Assembly: GCA_951406725.2 (NCBI GenBank)
Contig: OX597825.1
Location: 66,092,001 to 66,156,000 of the forward strand
Reading direction: 5' to 3'
Source of the DNA: Octopus vulgaris
Taxonomy: Eukaryota
Length of the DNA stretch: 64,000 nucleotides
Shown: one piece after another, positions 1 to 14,186 of the stretch
Layout: the number at the start of each line of letters is the position of its first letter
Numbering within the stretch: position 1 is the stretch's first letter
Notes under the pieces: generated by a model
Database searches by the model: none
Seen by the model: only the letters and a program-made list of their open reading frames with translations
Told to the model about the DNA's origin: nothing
Position numbers and translations under genes: made by a program

Positions 1-68
1 GGTGGTGCTCCAGCATGGCCGCAGTCAAATGACTGAAAAAAGTAAAAGAATGTATATATATAAATTAA

Positions 69-208
69 TAATGGGGAAGTCCGGTTTATGGGGTTACCTT
101 AGGTCTCCCGTCCATAAAAGGCTTTTGAGATCTGACAGTACGCCATAAAGCTAAACTCTTTTATGGACGGAAACCTAAGGTAATTCTATAAACCGGTCTT
201 CCCCATTT
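69..208. repeat. Imperfect inverted repeat (about 50-bp arms), small fold-back element
   Basis: aatggggaagtccggtttatggggttaccttaggtctcccgtccataaaag is near reverse-complementary to ctttttatggacggaaacctaaggtaattctataaaccggtcttccccatt. Confidence 0.75.
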
Positions 209-217
209 GTAATATAT

Positions 218-749
218 GCCGCTACGTTCTGAGTTCAAATGCCGCCGAGGTCGACTTTGCCTTTCATCCTTTCGGGGTCGATTAAATAAGTACCAGTTAA
301 GCACTGGGGTCGATATAATCGACTTAATCCATTTGTCTGTCCTTGTTTGTCCTCTCTGTGTTTAGCCCCTTGAGGGTAGTAAAGAAATGGGTATTCTGTC
401 TGCGCTACGTTCTGAGTTCGAGTCCGCCGAGATCGACTTTGCCTTTCATCTTTCGGGGTCGATTGAATAAGTACCAGTTACGCACTGGGGTCGATATAAT
501 CGACTTAATCCGTTTGTCTGTCCTTGTTTGTCCTCTCTGTGTTTAGCCCCTTTGAGGGTAGTAAAGAAATGGGTATTCTGTCTGCGCTACGTTCTGAGTT
601 CGAGTCCGCCGAGGTCGACTTTGCCTTTCATCCTTTCGGGGTTCGATTAAATAAGTAGCAGTTACGCACTGGGGATGTAATCGACTTAATCCCTTTGTCT
701 GTCCTTGTTTGTCCCCTCTTTGTTTAGCCCCCTGTGGGCAATAAAGAAA

Positions 750-752
<3 letters not shown>
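218..752 (+). mobile_element. Three tandem headless units of SINE family B (tRNA-derived; central domain resembles the Meta domain)
   Basis: Three copies of ctacgttctgagttc...gtcgactttgcctttcatc...cggggtcga...aagtaccagttacgcactgggg...tttagcccc; same body as full copies at 21105 and 60434. Confidence 0.85.
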
Positions 753-798
<46 letters not shown>

Positions 799-1069
799 TG
801 TGTGTGTCTGTATATTTATACACACAAATACACACATACACACACATACGCACAGACCTGCAGGCATTTATATTGCACCGTTTAGAAATGGCAACTGCCA
901 ATTACCAATTTTTCCACTGCACAGCATAGCTGATGATCTTTCTATCTTCTTACTCTCTCTCTTTCTCCCTTCCTCTCTCTCTCTCTCTAACACACCCTCT
1001 CTCTATCCCACCCTCTCTTTCCCTCCATGTCCTTCACTCCCTCTTCCTCACTCCTCTCTATCTTTCGCA

Positions 1070-1118
<49 letters not shown>

Positions 1119-1544
1119 TGTCTGTATGTATGTATGTGTGCATATATGTATGTACGTATACGTGCATATATGTATATATGTATGTATATGTGTGTGAGCG
1201 TGTGTGTGAATGTGTGTGTGTGTGTGTGTATGTGTGTGTGTACATATACACCATACATGTAAACAAACGTGTCCTATTTATGTGGTTTCTTTATTTCCAT
1301 GTATCTGGCTAATATATCACTGCCATTCAATTCGGTTATTATTACTAGGCTCGTGCTAATGAGAAGCCTATATTTTAGATATACTGACTCATATACACAT
1401 ATTCATACAATCACACAAGTGTGCACACAGGCAAATACATATGTATTTATATATATATATTTATGTGTGTTTATGTGTGTGTTTGTGTGTACGTATTCTC
1501 AACTGCGAGAATTGTATACTATTGACGTCATAAGAATATATATA

Positions 1545-1706
1545 TGTTGTGAGCGACAATGGACTGGACATGTCGCTAGGCTCATAGACATAAGGTGGAC
1601 TTGTGCTGTGGCCCTCCACGACGGTGGGGAAGAAGATGTACCGAAACAGTTTGCCAAGGTGGAAGAGAATGGCGCAATCAAGAAAGAAATCGGAAGCGCA
1701 TCGTGA
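1545..1706 (+). mobile_element. Degenerate 3' fragment of an RTE-clade LINE
   Basis: QWTGHVARLIDIRWT resembles the WAGHVAR...RWT motif downstream of the RT domain in RTE LINEs. Confidence 0.55.
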
Positions 1707-2519
1707 CTAGCGGTGTATAACACTATTAGACAGTCCAGTCGATACAGGTTATATATACGTCACCTATATATATATATATATATATATATACATGCACACA
1801 CATACATACACATATGCACATACACACACATGTATATATATGCGGTTCCAGGTTCAGTCCCATTGCGTAGCACCTTGGATAAATATTGTCTACTATAGAC
1901 CCGGGTCGACCAAATCCTTGAGTGAATTTGGTAGATGGAAACTAAAAGAAACCTGTCTCATATACTGACTCATATACACATATTCGTACAATCATACTAG
2001 TGTGCACACAGGAAAATGCATACGTATGTATGTATATGTGAGTGTGTGAGTGTGTGTGTGTAGACATATATACATAATATATACATACATATATACAATG
2101 TATGTATTTACAAATTAGATCTTATAAATCATGACAAATAGTGCTTTTGTTTCAGTGATGTCAAACAACCTTTGTTTTAACAAGTGCCTTGGGACGAAAC
2201 ATACCACTTTTTGTCACGAATCATAAAAATTAAGAAGTAAATATTTATTCTCAGCTTTTCACTACACTTTCAGCTGTTTGTTTGCTAATGACCGCTAGAA
2301 TCTCTACAATCGCTTCCAATGCGTGCGTGTATACATGTGTGACCACAGTGCGGTGTGAAGGTGCGTATCCTGGTCGTTGAGCTCAGAGTCGTGGCTTCGA
2401 TTCCCAGACCTGGTAGTATAACATGTTCATGGGCAAAACACGTACTTTCACGTCGCTCACTAAAATCAGGTCCCAGTAACAGCTGTGGGTTAATTCTGTG
2501 AAGGTCTGGTGTTCCTTTA

Positions 2520-2847
2520 AGCGAAGAGAAGAATTATACTTTTGGTCGTTTATACACCATGGAAGTCGATCTCGGCGAAACTTGAACTCAGAACGTAACG
2601 GCAGACGAAATACCTATTTCTTTACTACCCACAAGGGGTTAAACACAGAGAGGACAAACAAGGACAGACAAACGGATTAAGTCGATTATATCGACCTCAG
2701 GGCGTAACTGGTACTTAATTTATGAACCCCGAAAGGATGAAAGGCAAAGTCGACATCGGCGGAATTTGAACTCAGAACGTAACGGTAGACGAAATACCGC
2801 TAAGCATTTCGCCCGGCGTACTAACGTTTCTGTCAGCTCGCGGCCTT
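2520..2847 (-). mobile_element. SINE family B with a second partial tandem unit
   Basis: Reverse complement of the family B head (aaggccgcgagctgacagaaacgttag) and body, then a repeated body via the gggtagtaaagaaataggtatttcg junction. Confidence 0.8.
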
Positions 2848-2937
<90 letters not shown>

Positions 2938-3323
2938 ATTGAAAGAGAGAGAGGTTTGTGTGTGTAGTATAGACACAAGTGTACATACATATACATATAT
3001 GCATATATATATATATACACACACACATATATATGTAATATACACGATGTACATTCCAGAGGCTTTGAGACTTTTCGGGGTTCGGGAGACAGTTTTAACT
3101 GTTCAAGATATTTGTTATTTTAGCATATCATTGATATACATCTAATAAGCTGACTTACCAACTTAAGCTGACTTACCAACTTAAGCTGACTTACTATTCC
3201 AGATTGAAGGAGACGGCTGTAACAGCATTTAGAAAACACCCTACTAAACACCGCTTGTCTCAATTGGCTAGTTTGCAGAATGCAGTCGGGAGATAACGAC
3301 AATCTGGAGGCTCGTTATGCAAT

Positions 3324-3633
3324 ACAGTGATCCCTCGCTACTTCGCGGTTCAACTATCGCGGATTCACGACCTCGCGGATTTTAAAAATATATATATATA
3401 TGAACACCTAAAGTTTTTCATTAAATACATTAAAATATTGATAATAAATATTATTTCCTAGTCTAGGAACAACAAAACAAGCGTAAAATATCAAAAAAGC
3501 ATATACAGGGGTATTTGAAATTAAGACGGGCTCTGATTGGTGCAATGGAGAGAGACGACGAATCACAGCTTTCTATTTTGTAATCTGGCCTGTGATTGGT
3601 GCTTTGACCGATGCTCAGATCCGTAGCATCTTC

Positions 3634-3640
<7 letters not shown>
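3324..3640. mobile_element. pogo/Tigger-like DNA transposon end
   Basis: ta-CAGTGATCCCTCGCTACTTCGCGGTTCAACTATCGCGGATTCAC is a typical Tigger-type terminus after TA; partner end not found. Confidence 0.55.
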
Positions 3641-3718
<78 letters not shown>

Positions 3719-3984
3719 GGCCATTTCGCTTCAAGCTTTCTCGCTGAGTGGTTTATTGAGTGTAACGGACAAAAGCTCGTTATGCAATAGCGAACAATCT
3801 GGAGGCTCGTTATGCAATAATGAACAATCTGGAAGCTCGTTATTCAATAACGGACAAAAGCTCGTTATGCAATAACGAACAATCTGGAAGATCGTTATGC
3901 AATAATTGGACAAAGGCGCTAAAGAAACACATTTAATGCTCCACACTGTTTGTGAATTAACTTGTATGAGCTGAGCATCTGTTT

Positions 3985-4418
3985 TTGTTAGGACAAGAAG
4001 CCAGGCAAAGCAAGTCCGCCCGAACGTTCGTGATGATCCCTGTTATCATCTACGTCCACTGGGTTCCCTTTGGCCAGATGATCAACGAAGAGAACTTTAT
4101 GGAGGCTTTGAGGGCGTTCAGGTAGAGATTCCGCCCTAAAAGGCCAGACCACCTGTGCTAAGACAATGGACCAGTCCATAATTCCATCCTGGTAACCAGC
4201 TACTTGGTAGAGATGACCATCAAAAGAGCCCCTCTCTTTCCCTACAGTCCTGTGTCTTTTGGCTGTTCCTAAAGCTAAAGCAGAATATGAACGAGGCTGT
4301 GAGATGGGTCCTGGTTACCTATTTCGCTATAGAGAGCTTCTATACGGTCTTCACGAAGTAGCTGGAGCGCCACAAGTTTATTTAAGTCAGAGGATATTAC
4401 TTTGAAAGAGATTAGTTT
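3985..4418 (+). pseudogene. Degraded mariner transposase C-terminal fragment
   Basis: Manual translation with stops and frameshifts: KKxRQSKS...YVHWVPFGQMINEENFMEALR...DNGPVHNSILVTSYL...PYSP...WLFLKLK...RGYYFE, mariner motifs. Confidence 0.7.
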
Positions 4419-4445
4419 TATACTTCTTTGAAATTAATAAATATA

Positions 4446-4610
4446 GGCGTAGGAGTGGCTGTGTGGTAAGTAGCTTGCTTACCAACCACATGGTTCCAGG
4501 TTCAGTCCCACTGCGTGGCACCTTGGGCAAGTGTCTTCTCGAGCCGACCAAAGCCTTATGAGTGGATTTGGTAGATGGATACTGAAAGAAGCTCGTCGTA
4601 TATATGTATG

Positions 4611-4661
<51 letters not shown>

Positions 4662-4875
4662 GTGTGTGTGTGTGTGTGTCAATGTTTGTATCCCCAACAT
4701 CGCTTGACAACCGATGCTGGTGTGTTTACGTCCCTGTAACTTAGCGGTTCGGCAAAAGCTACCGGTAGAATAAGTACTAGGCTTACAAAGAATAAGTCCT
4801 TGGGTCGATTTGCTCGACTAAAGGCGGTGCTCCAGCATGGCCGCAGTGAAATGACTGAAACAAGTAAAGAGAGTA
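4446..4875 (+). mobile_element. SINE family A, full length, with internal microsatellite
   Basis: tRNA-like head (tggctgtgtgg A box, ggttcagtccc B box), ccttgggcaagtgtcttc, (AT)n/(GT)n middle, tail gcatggccgcagt...actgaaacaagtaaaga. Confidence 0.9.
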
Positions 4876-4948
4876 TCTCTCCTGAAAAAGTTTCAAAACT
4901 TGTGGAATGTACCTGTGTGTATATGTGTGTGTTTGTGTGTGCACATAT

Positions 4949-4999
<51 letters not shown>

Positions 5000-5000
<1 letters not shown>

Positions 5001-5125
5001 TTGAAATTTACAGAAAAACAAAAGATAAAAACAGGTGTATGAACAACAAGCAGGTGTATTAGTTTGGCGCTGTGGAAAATGAGAAAGTCTTTTACGTTTC
5101 GTGCCTACGCTCTTCAACAGAAAGT
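5000..5125 (-). mobile_element. Short non-autonomous element family F with HHR-like motif (5089-5124)
   Basis: Minus strand CTTT-CTGTTGA-A-GAGC-gtag-GCAC-GAAACGTA-AAAG; homologous to 14425, 20685, 22755 and 61260. Confidence 0.7.
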
Positions 5126-5131
5126 AATACG

Positions 5132-5180
<49 letters not shown>

Positions 5181-5519
5181 CATTATATATAAGTATTATA
5201 TGTATGTATGTGTGTGTGTGAAGAGAGAGAGTGCGTGTGTGTGTGTCTGTGTGTGTGAGAGAGAGAGAGAGATCCTTTTCTTGGAAAAACCAACTAAAAC
5301 GAAAGACATTCCACCTGTTTCCGTTTATCAAATAAAACTCAAAAGCTCCTCATCGACTCGAGGTTAAGAATGAAGACACTTGTCCCGGATGTTTCCAAGT
5401 GGATCTGAACCAGAAATTATGATTTCAGCCACGTAGACACACCTTTATTAGAAGTTAAAACCTTAACTGGACTCTAATAAATCTGATCAAATCCAAAGCG
5501 TTTTATAATATCTCTGCTT

Positions 5520-6210
5520 AATGTAGGAAGCTCACAGAATGGTTAGCCGGCCGGACAATATGCTTAGCAGCTTTTCTTTCGGCTGGCGTTCAGAGTTCAA
5601 ATTCCGCTGTGGCAGACTTTACCTCTCATTCTTTGTGGGGCTTGATAAAATGAGTAAGAGCTGAACATTTTGGTCGATGTAATTGACTTGCCCCTCTTTC
5701 CTCAAAATTTAATTCCTTGTGCCTCTAATACAAACAATTATTACATCCCTGCTTAAGGCAGCGAGCTAGCAGAATCGTTAACACCTCGGACAAAATACCT
5801 AGTGGTATTTCTTCTGACTCTACGTTCTGAGTTCAAATACTGCTGAGGTCAAATTTGCCTTTTGGGATCGATAAAAGAGTGTATCAGTAAAGTACCGGGG
5901 TCGACGTAATTGACTTGCTCTATCCCCTGAAAATCACTAGCCTTGTACCAAAATTAGAAACGAAACAATTATGATAACCCTACTAAGAGCGGAAAACAGG
6001 CAGAGTGGTAAGAACAGCGGAAAAAAATTCCCTGCAGCATTTCTTTCCATCTCCTCAGGTTCTGAGTTCAAATTCCACTAAGCTCAGCTTTGTCCTTCAT
6101 TCTTCTGGAATTAATAATATAAAGTATCAGTCATGAACCGAGGTCAATTATATCGGCTAATGTCTTCCCGGCAAATTGCATTCTTTGTTCCTACATCAGA
6201 AACCATTATA
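5520..6210 (+). mobile_element. Three adjacent old, diverged family B-related SINE copies
   Basis: Repeated gagttcaaat B box with ctttgcc/ttcat and ggtcga...aattgact remnants at about 5520, 5755 and 5985. Confidence 0.65.
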
Positions 6211-6273
6211 TCTCTTTTTCTATAGTTTCAGCTCAGAGCTGCAGCCATCCTGATACACTGCTGTTATATATTG

Positions 6274-6334
6274 TGCATCGGCCAGGAAACGAACCCGGGC
6301 CGCCCGCGTGGCAAGCGAGCATTCTACCACTGAA
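6274..6334 (-). pseudogene. 5'-truncated tRNA-Gly(GCC) pseudogene
   Basis: Minus strand ttcagtggtagaatgctcgcttGCCacgcgggcggcccgggttcgtttcctggccgatgca follows the metazoan tRNA-Gly-GCC pattern but lacks about 10 nt of the 5' acceptor strand and has T-arm substitutions. Confidence 0.85.
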
Positions 6335-6624
6335 TATTTATCACAGGCTGTATCCAAGAATCTATTTATTTAGTTCTCTGTTTTAGAACAGAGTTTCAGC
6401 TTATCCATGTACAATGACAGATTTTGATTCTATATATTTTTCATATGTTACTCTTTTACTAGTTTCAATCATTGGACAGCAGCCATGATGGAACACTGCC
6501 TTTAACTTTTAGGCTATCGTCTCGACCCCAGTACTTGCAGGTCTGAGAAATATTTTATCTATCTTCTACTTTCGAACCGCTAAGTTATATATGCGTAAAT
6601 ACGAAGACAAACACGCACACGTAT

Positions 6625-7040
6625 ACACATATATACACACACACACATACATACATACATACATACATACATACATACATACATACATACATACATACAT
6701 ACATACATACATACATACATACATACATACATACATACATACATACGTACGTACATACATATCACAGCGGCATCCTCGTTACACGGGAAAAGCCATTTCC
6801 AAGAAGACTTACTGAAATGATTCATGATTGTTGCCATGTGATGCCCTTATCTGACTTTTAAGCCCGGCCAAGCTTTTACGCATTTTATTACATACTAGGC
6901 AACTGTGCTGGCTGGCAGGAGAAACAGGTGCCACCATATGCACTCTCTTAACATGTCTTTTTAGACCTCCAACTGAGAGGCACACCCTTCCACATTCTAC
7001 ACACGTTCTGTTATGAATTTTAATAGCCACATCATTGTTT
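6625..7040 (-). mobile_element. 3' end of RTE-type LINE with C2H2 zinc fingers and (TATG)n tail
   Basis: ORF 6809-7180 contains CVECGRVCLSVGGLKRHVKRVH and a second decayed finger CLVCNKMRKSLAGLKSQIRASH, then short 3' UTR and tetranucleotide tail. Confidence 0.65.
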
Positions 7041-7112
7041 ATCATGGGTCGATTTCTACATACATACATACATACATACACACTTACATACATACATACA
7101 TACATACACATA

Positions 7113-8329
7113 ATAACAATAATACCAGGATGGGATTTATAAATATTTAATACATCGCTACGCGCGTTTCCACAAATCACATGACATTAGCATCAGAGTC
7201 TGTATCCTTGGAATGAGTACAGTATAGCCTGTATTATCCGTGGGCATCCGGTTGATGATCATCATAGATTCATTTCATCATGCATTAATGATTGAATCTA
7301 TAGGATATAGCTATAGAATATAGCTATAGGATATAGTTATAGGATATAATTATAGGATATAGATATAGGATACAGTTACAGGATATAGTTATAGGATATA
7401 GTTATAGGATATTCTTATAGGATATAGCGATAGGATATAGTTATAGGATATAGCTATAGGATATAGCTATAAGATATAGCTATAGGATATAGCTATAGGA
7501 TATAGCTATAGGATATAGCTATAGGATATAGCTATAGGATATAGTTATAGGATATAGCTGTAGGATATAGCTATAGGATATAGATATAGGATATAGTTAT
7601 AGGATATAGCTAAAGGATATAGATATAGGATATAGTTATAGGATATAGCTATAGGATATAGTTATAGGATATAGCTATAGGATATTGTTATAGGATATAG
7701 CTATAGGATATAGCTATAGGATATAGTTATAGGATATAGCTATAGGATATAGCTATAGGATATAGCTATAGGATATAGTTATAGGATATAGCTATAGGAT
7801 ATAGCTATAGGATATAGTTATAAGATATAGCTATAGGATATAGCTATAGGATATAGCTATAGGATATAGTTATAGGATATAGCTATAGGATATAGCTATA
7901 GGATATAGCTATAGGATATACTTATAGGATATAGCTATAGGATATAGCTATAGGATATAGCTATAGGATATAGTTATAGGATATAGCTATAGGATATAGC
8001 TATAGGATATAGCTATAGGATATAGCTATAGGATATAGCTATAGGATATAGCTATAGGATATAGCTATATGATATAGCTATAGGATATAGCTAGACTGGC
8101 CTTCATACTGGCAAGAAGTGGGAAAGAATCCCTCTGTGATTCATCCACAAATACAGCATCGCTTGATTAAATGAATCAATGGTGATGATCAACTGGATGC
8201 CCACGGATAATACGGACTATGCCATACTCATTCCAAGGATACGGACTCTGTTATAACAATTTGATTTGTGGAATCGCGCGTAGCGAAGTATTAAATATTT
8301 ATAAATCCATTCTAGAATATATTGTAACT
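7113..8329. mobile_element. Fold-back element with about 165-bp inverted arms (7113-7280, 8164-8329), each with a degenerate HHR-like motif
   Basis: gatttataaatatttaatacatcgctacgcgcg...tatccttggaatgagta...tattatccgtgggcatcc is mirrored as ggatgcccacggataata...tactcattccaaggata...cgcgcgtagcgaagtattaaatatttataaatc. Confidence 0.8.
7298..8093. repeat. 13-bp minisatellite (GGATATAGCTATA)n, about 60 units
   Basis: Directly visible tandem array; unit contains the palindrome TATAGCTATA. Confidence 0.97.
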
Positions 8330-8499
8330 ATAATATTTATCCTACATTATATCAGTATAACTGTGAGGCAGCCCCGAAAAACTGACTCAGTAGTCTGTAT
8401 CATTAGACATAGTGAAATAGGAGCTTTGCATACCCTTAACGTTACCATAAGCTAATTTAAAAGATAGACACACATATGTGTGTGTGCGTGTGTGTGTGT

Positions 8500-8790
8500 G
8501 TGGCTGTGTGGTAAGAAGCTTGTTTCTCAATTACATGGTTCTGGGTTCAGTCCCACTGCGTGGCACCTTGGGCGAGTGTATTCTAGTATAGTCTCAGGCC
8601 GACCAAAGCCTTGTGAGTGAATTTGGTAAACGGAAGCTGAAAAAAGCCCGTTGTACATTATATGCGTGTGTGTGTGTATTGTGTGTCTATGTTTGTCCCC
8701 CCACCACCGATGTTGGTGTGCTTACGTCTCCGTAACTTAACAGCGCTCCAGCATGGTCGCAAGTGAAATAACTGAAACAAGTAAAAGAAA
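8500..8790 (+). mobile_element. SINE family A, internally deleted
   Basis: Family A head and tail motifs with shortened 3' half. Confidence 0.8.
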
Positions 8791-8803
8791 AAAAAGAATA
8801 AAA

Positions 8804-8839
<36 letters not shown>

Positions 8840-8859
8840 AAATGATGTATTATAATACT

Positions 8860-10545
<1,686 letters not shown>

Positions 10546-10761
10546 TTTAAAAATTAGATTAACCCTTTAATAATCAGATTACCCTACAAAATGCAGTGTT
10601 TATTTATTCGCCTTGTTTTGAATTAAACAAGCATTATCTCAAAGCTTCCAGATTTCGATGCTGAGATTTTTTTTATTTCTACTATAACATTGAAGGGTGG
10701 ATGTGAGAGGCCGATCTGGTTGGTATGAGCATAAAGCAGGTTGAATATTTTTTGTGGATAT

Positions 10762-11620
10762 CGCAGGAGTGGCTGTGTGGTAAGTAGCTTGCGAGGCACC
10801 TTGAGCAAGTGACTTCTACTATAGCCTCGAGCCGACCAAAGACTTGTGAGTGGATTTGGTAGACGGATACTGAAAGAAGCCCGTCGTATATATGTATATA
10901 TATATATATATATATTTACATGTATGCGTGTGTATATGTTTGTGTGTCTGTGTTTGTCCCCCCAACATCGTTTGACAACCGATGGTAGTGTGTTTACGTC
11001 CCGTAGCTTAGCGATTCGGCAAAAGAGACCGATAGAATAAGTACTAGGTTTCCAAAGTATAAGTCCTGGGGTCGATTTACTCGACTGTGTGTATATGTTT
11101 GTGTGTCTGTGTTTGTCCCCCCCCCCAACATCACTTGACAACCGATGCTGGTGTGTTTACGTCCTCGTAACTTAGCGGTTCGGCAAAATAGACCGATAGA
11201 ATAAGTACTAGGCTTCCAAAGTATAAGTCCTGAGGTGTATATGTTTGTGTGTCTGTGTTTATCCCCCCAACATCACTTGACAACCGATGCTGGTGTGTTT
11301 ACGTCCTCGTAACTTAGCGGTTCGGCAAAAGGGACCGATTGAATAAGTACTAGGCTTCCAAAGTATAAGTCCTGAGGTCAATTTACTCGACTGTGTGTAT
11401 ATGTTTGTGTGTCTGTGTTTGTCCCCCCAACATCACTTGACAACCGATGCTGGTGTGTTTACGTCCCCGTAACTTAGCGGTTCGGCAAAATAGACCGATA
11501 GAATAAGTACTAGGCTTCCAAAGTATAAGTCCTGGGGGTCGATTTACTCGACTAAAGGCGGTGATCCAGCATGGCCACAGTCAAATGACTGAAACAAGTG
11601 AAAGAGTAAAAAGAGTAAAG
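10762..11620 (+). mobile_element. SINE family A whose 3' half is tandemly repeated four times
   Basis: One head, then four copies of gtgtatatgtttgtgtgtctgtgttt...gacaaccgatg...gaataagtactagg...aagtataagtcctg, then one tail. Confidence 0.9.
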
Positions 11621-11781
11621 AGAGTATCGCCAGTTTAAATGTCGAATGTAAATGTAAATTCATTCGAGGAATCTTAAAATGTATAAAATCTCGGCTCATA
11701 AAGACCTCAATAATTGCTCCTGATCAAATTGATTCATTGAATTAGTAATCATCTTCTCATATATTCATCAGTAGTAAGCAT

Positions 11782-12151
11782 AACAAGGACAGACAAACGG
11801 ATTAAGTCGATTACATCGACCCCAACACGCAGCTGGTACTTAATTTATCGACCCCGAAAGGATGAAAGGCAAAGTCAACCTCAGCGGAATTTGAATTCTG
11901 TACGTAAAGACAGACGAAATACCTATTTCTTTACTACCCACAAGGGGCTAAACATAGAAGGGGCAAACAAGGACAGACAAACAGATTAAGTCGATTATAC
12001 CAGTTCGTAACTGGTACTTAATTTATCGACCCCGAAAGGATGAAAGGCAAAGTCGACCTCAGCGGAATTTGAACTCAGAGCGTAACGGCAGACGAAATAC
12101 CGCTAAGCATTTTGCCCGGCGTGCTAACGTTTCTACCGGCTCGCCGCCCTT
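11782..12151 (-). mobile_element. SINE family B with duplicated body
   Basis: Head ggcggcgagccggtagaaacgttagcacg on minus strand plus two body units. Confidence 0.85.
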
Positions 12152-12430
12152 AATTTCTTAATATATGTCAATCGGTACAGGCCTGACCGTGAGTTATGCA
12201 GTTTGCTTCTCAACCATATGATTTCAAGTTCAATCTCACTACATGGCATCTTGGACGAGTGTCTTCTACTACAGTTTCTTGACAATCAATGATCTGCGAG
12301 TAGATTTGGTAGTCGGAAACTGAAAGAAGTCAGTCATATACAGACAGACAGACAGAGAGAGAGGGAGAAGGGATAGCTTCGGCTATTTCCGTACACGCTG
12401 AAAAACATAGATGATTTAACGAAAACAGTT

Positions 12431-12678
12431 TGTCTGGGGAGAGTCATTTTCTTTTTGTGCCTTATAATATAACACACTCACCGGTAAAATTTCCACTTAT
12501 TTCTTATTTTTATTTTCCTAAAATTTTCGTTGCGTCTTGCAACCTTTTCAATAGCCTTAACTCAATAGTCAAGACGCAACGAAAATTTTAGAAAAATAAA
12601 AATAAGAAATAAGTGGAAATTTTACCGGAGAGTGTGTTACATTATAAGGCACAAAAAGAAAATGACTCTCCCCAGACA
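12431..12678. mobile_element. MITE, near-perfect hairpin with about 110-bp arms
   Basis: tgtctggggagagtcattttc...cgttgcgtcttg versus caagacgcaacg...gaaaatgactctccccagaca. Confidence 0.9.
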
Positions 12679-12816
12679 CAACAGAACATGCTTCAACACA
12701 CGAACTCATATAAAGAGTCTTGCAAACCAAATCCAAAAACGAAATCTATAATTCATCTTGATACGAATACGAGCTGTCAGCGGACGAAACGAACAAGACA
12801 ATATTTTCAAAGTTAC

Positions 12817-13041
12817 TCTCTCTCTCTTTACTCTTTTACTTGTTTCAGTCATTTGACTGCTGCCATGCTGGAGCACCGCCTTTAGTCGAGCAAATCGACC
12901 CCGGGACTTATTCTTTGTAAGCCCAGTACTTATTCTATCGGTCTCTTTTGCCGAACCGCTAAATGACGGGGACGTAAACACACCAGCATCGGTTGTCAAG
13001 CGATGGTGGGGGGACAAACACAGACACACAAACATACACAG

Positions 13042-13118
<77 letters not shown>

Positions 13119-13278
13119 ACAAGCTTCTTTCAGTTTCCGTCTACCAAATCCACTCACAAGGCATTGGTCAGCCCGAGGCTATAGCAGAAGACACTTGCCC
13201 AAGATGCCACGCAGTGGACTGAACCCAGAACCATGTGGTTGGTAAGCAAGCTACTTATCACACAGCCACTCCTGCGCC
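12817..13278 (-). mobile_element. SINE family A, full length, close to consensus
   Basis: Complete reverse complement from ggcgcaggagtggctgtg to gaaacaagtaaaagag. Confidence 0.92.
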
Positions 13279-13767
13279 TGTGAGTGCTCTAGAGTACTAT
13301 ACTTTCGGGTTTAACTTGTAAATTAAATAAATCAATTAACAACAAATTGATTTAATTCAAATTACCAAGTGTACCTTCCTCGGCACTATCGCTCCACGTT
13401 TACAAATAAACATGAATAATTTTTTTTAAATATTACCTTTTTCGTCCGCGGCAATTCGAATTTCAAGGTATAAAAATTATATATGCATATTTATATTTGC
13501 CGCCAGGCAGAAGCAAGAAGAAATCTGATAAGGAGGCTTAGCCTTTCTTTCACTCTTGTATTGTAATAATTTTTATACCTTGAAATTCGAATTGCTATGG
13601 ACGAATAAGGTAATATTTTTAATAATTATTCATGTTTATTCGTAAACGTGGAGCGGTAGTTCTGAGGCAGGTACAATTGATAATTTAAATTAAATTGATA
13701 TTTTTTTTTATTGATTTATTTAATTTACAAGTTAAACCCGAAAGTATAGTACACTATTAACTCACGG

Positions 13768-14186
13768 GGATCTTTTCGGTTTGAACGGCAGTTTTTAACA
13801 TAATTTCTAGGTAACTAAAAAAATTTAAACATCGTATACTGGTAGAATGTGTTTATAAAACATCTTTTCCTCTTGACTTTATTGAGAAAATTCTATTGTT
13901 TGTAAGATATTTGTTGTTTTTTTCTTCAATATCTGCAATTTCAACCAATCACTGACGTCTATTGAGGTAAAAAAAAACATTCTGTGTCGTATGAATATGT
14001 CCCTCGTTTAAGAAACAGATTGGATTTATTTACATTTGTGAAGAAAAAAATATACCCTTCCCCCCCACCCCTAACCCTAATCCTAACACATTGAAATGCA
14101 ATAGATCGATACTAGGGTCATAATTATGGGTGACAATTTCATATGACACTACTAGAAAAAAACTGCCGTTCAAACCGAAAAGATCC
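13768..14186. mobile_element. Non-autonomous DNA transposon with 29-bp perfect TIRs and 8-bp TSD
   Basis: GGATCTTTTCGGTTTGAACGGCAGTTTTT...AAAAACTGCCGTTCAAACCGAAAAGATCC flanked by actcacgg and actcacag; internal ccctaaccctaatcctaa. Confidence 0.9.

Noticed and set aside
6809-7180. C2H2 zinc-finger gene
   Set aside because: No TGEKP linkers, second finger decayed, ORF start runs through a microsatellite, and layout fits an RTE LINE 3' end
13524-13550. HHR at ctgataaggaggcttagcctttc
   Set aside because: Hairpin present but no G8 and no downstream GAAA; the second copy at 14362 does not keep the core
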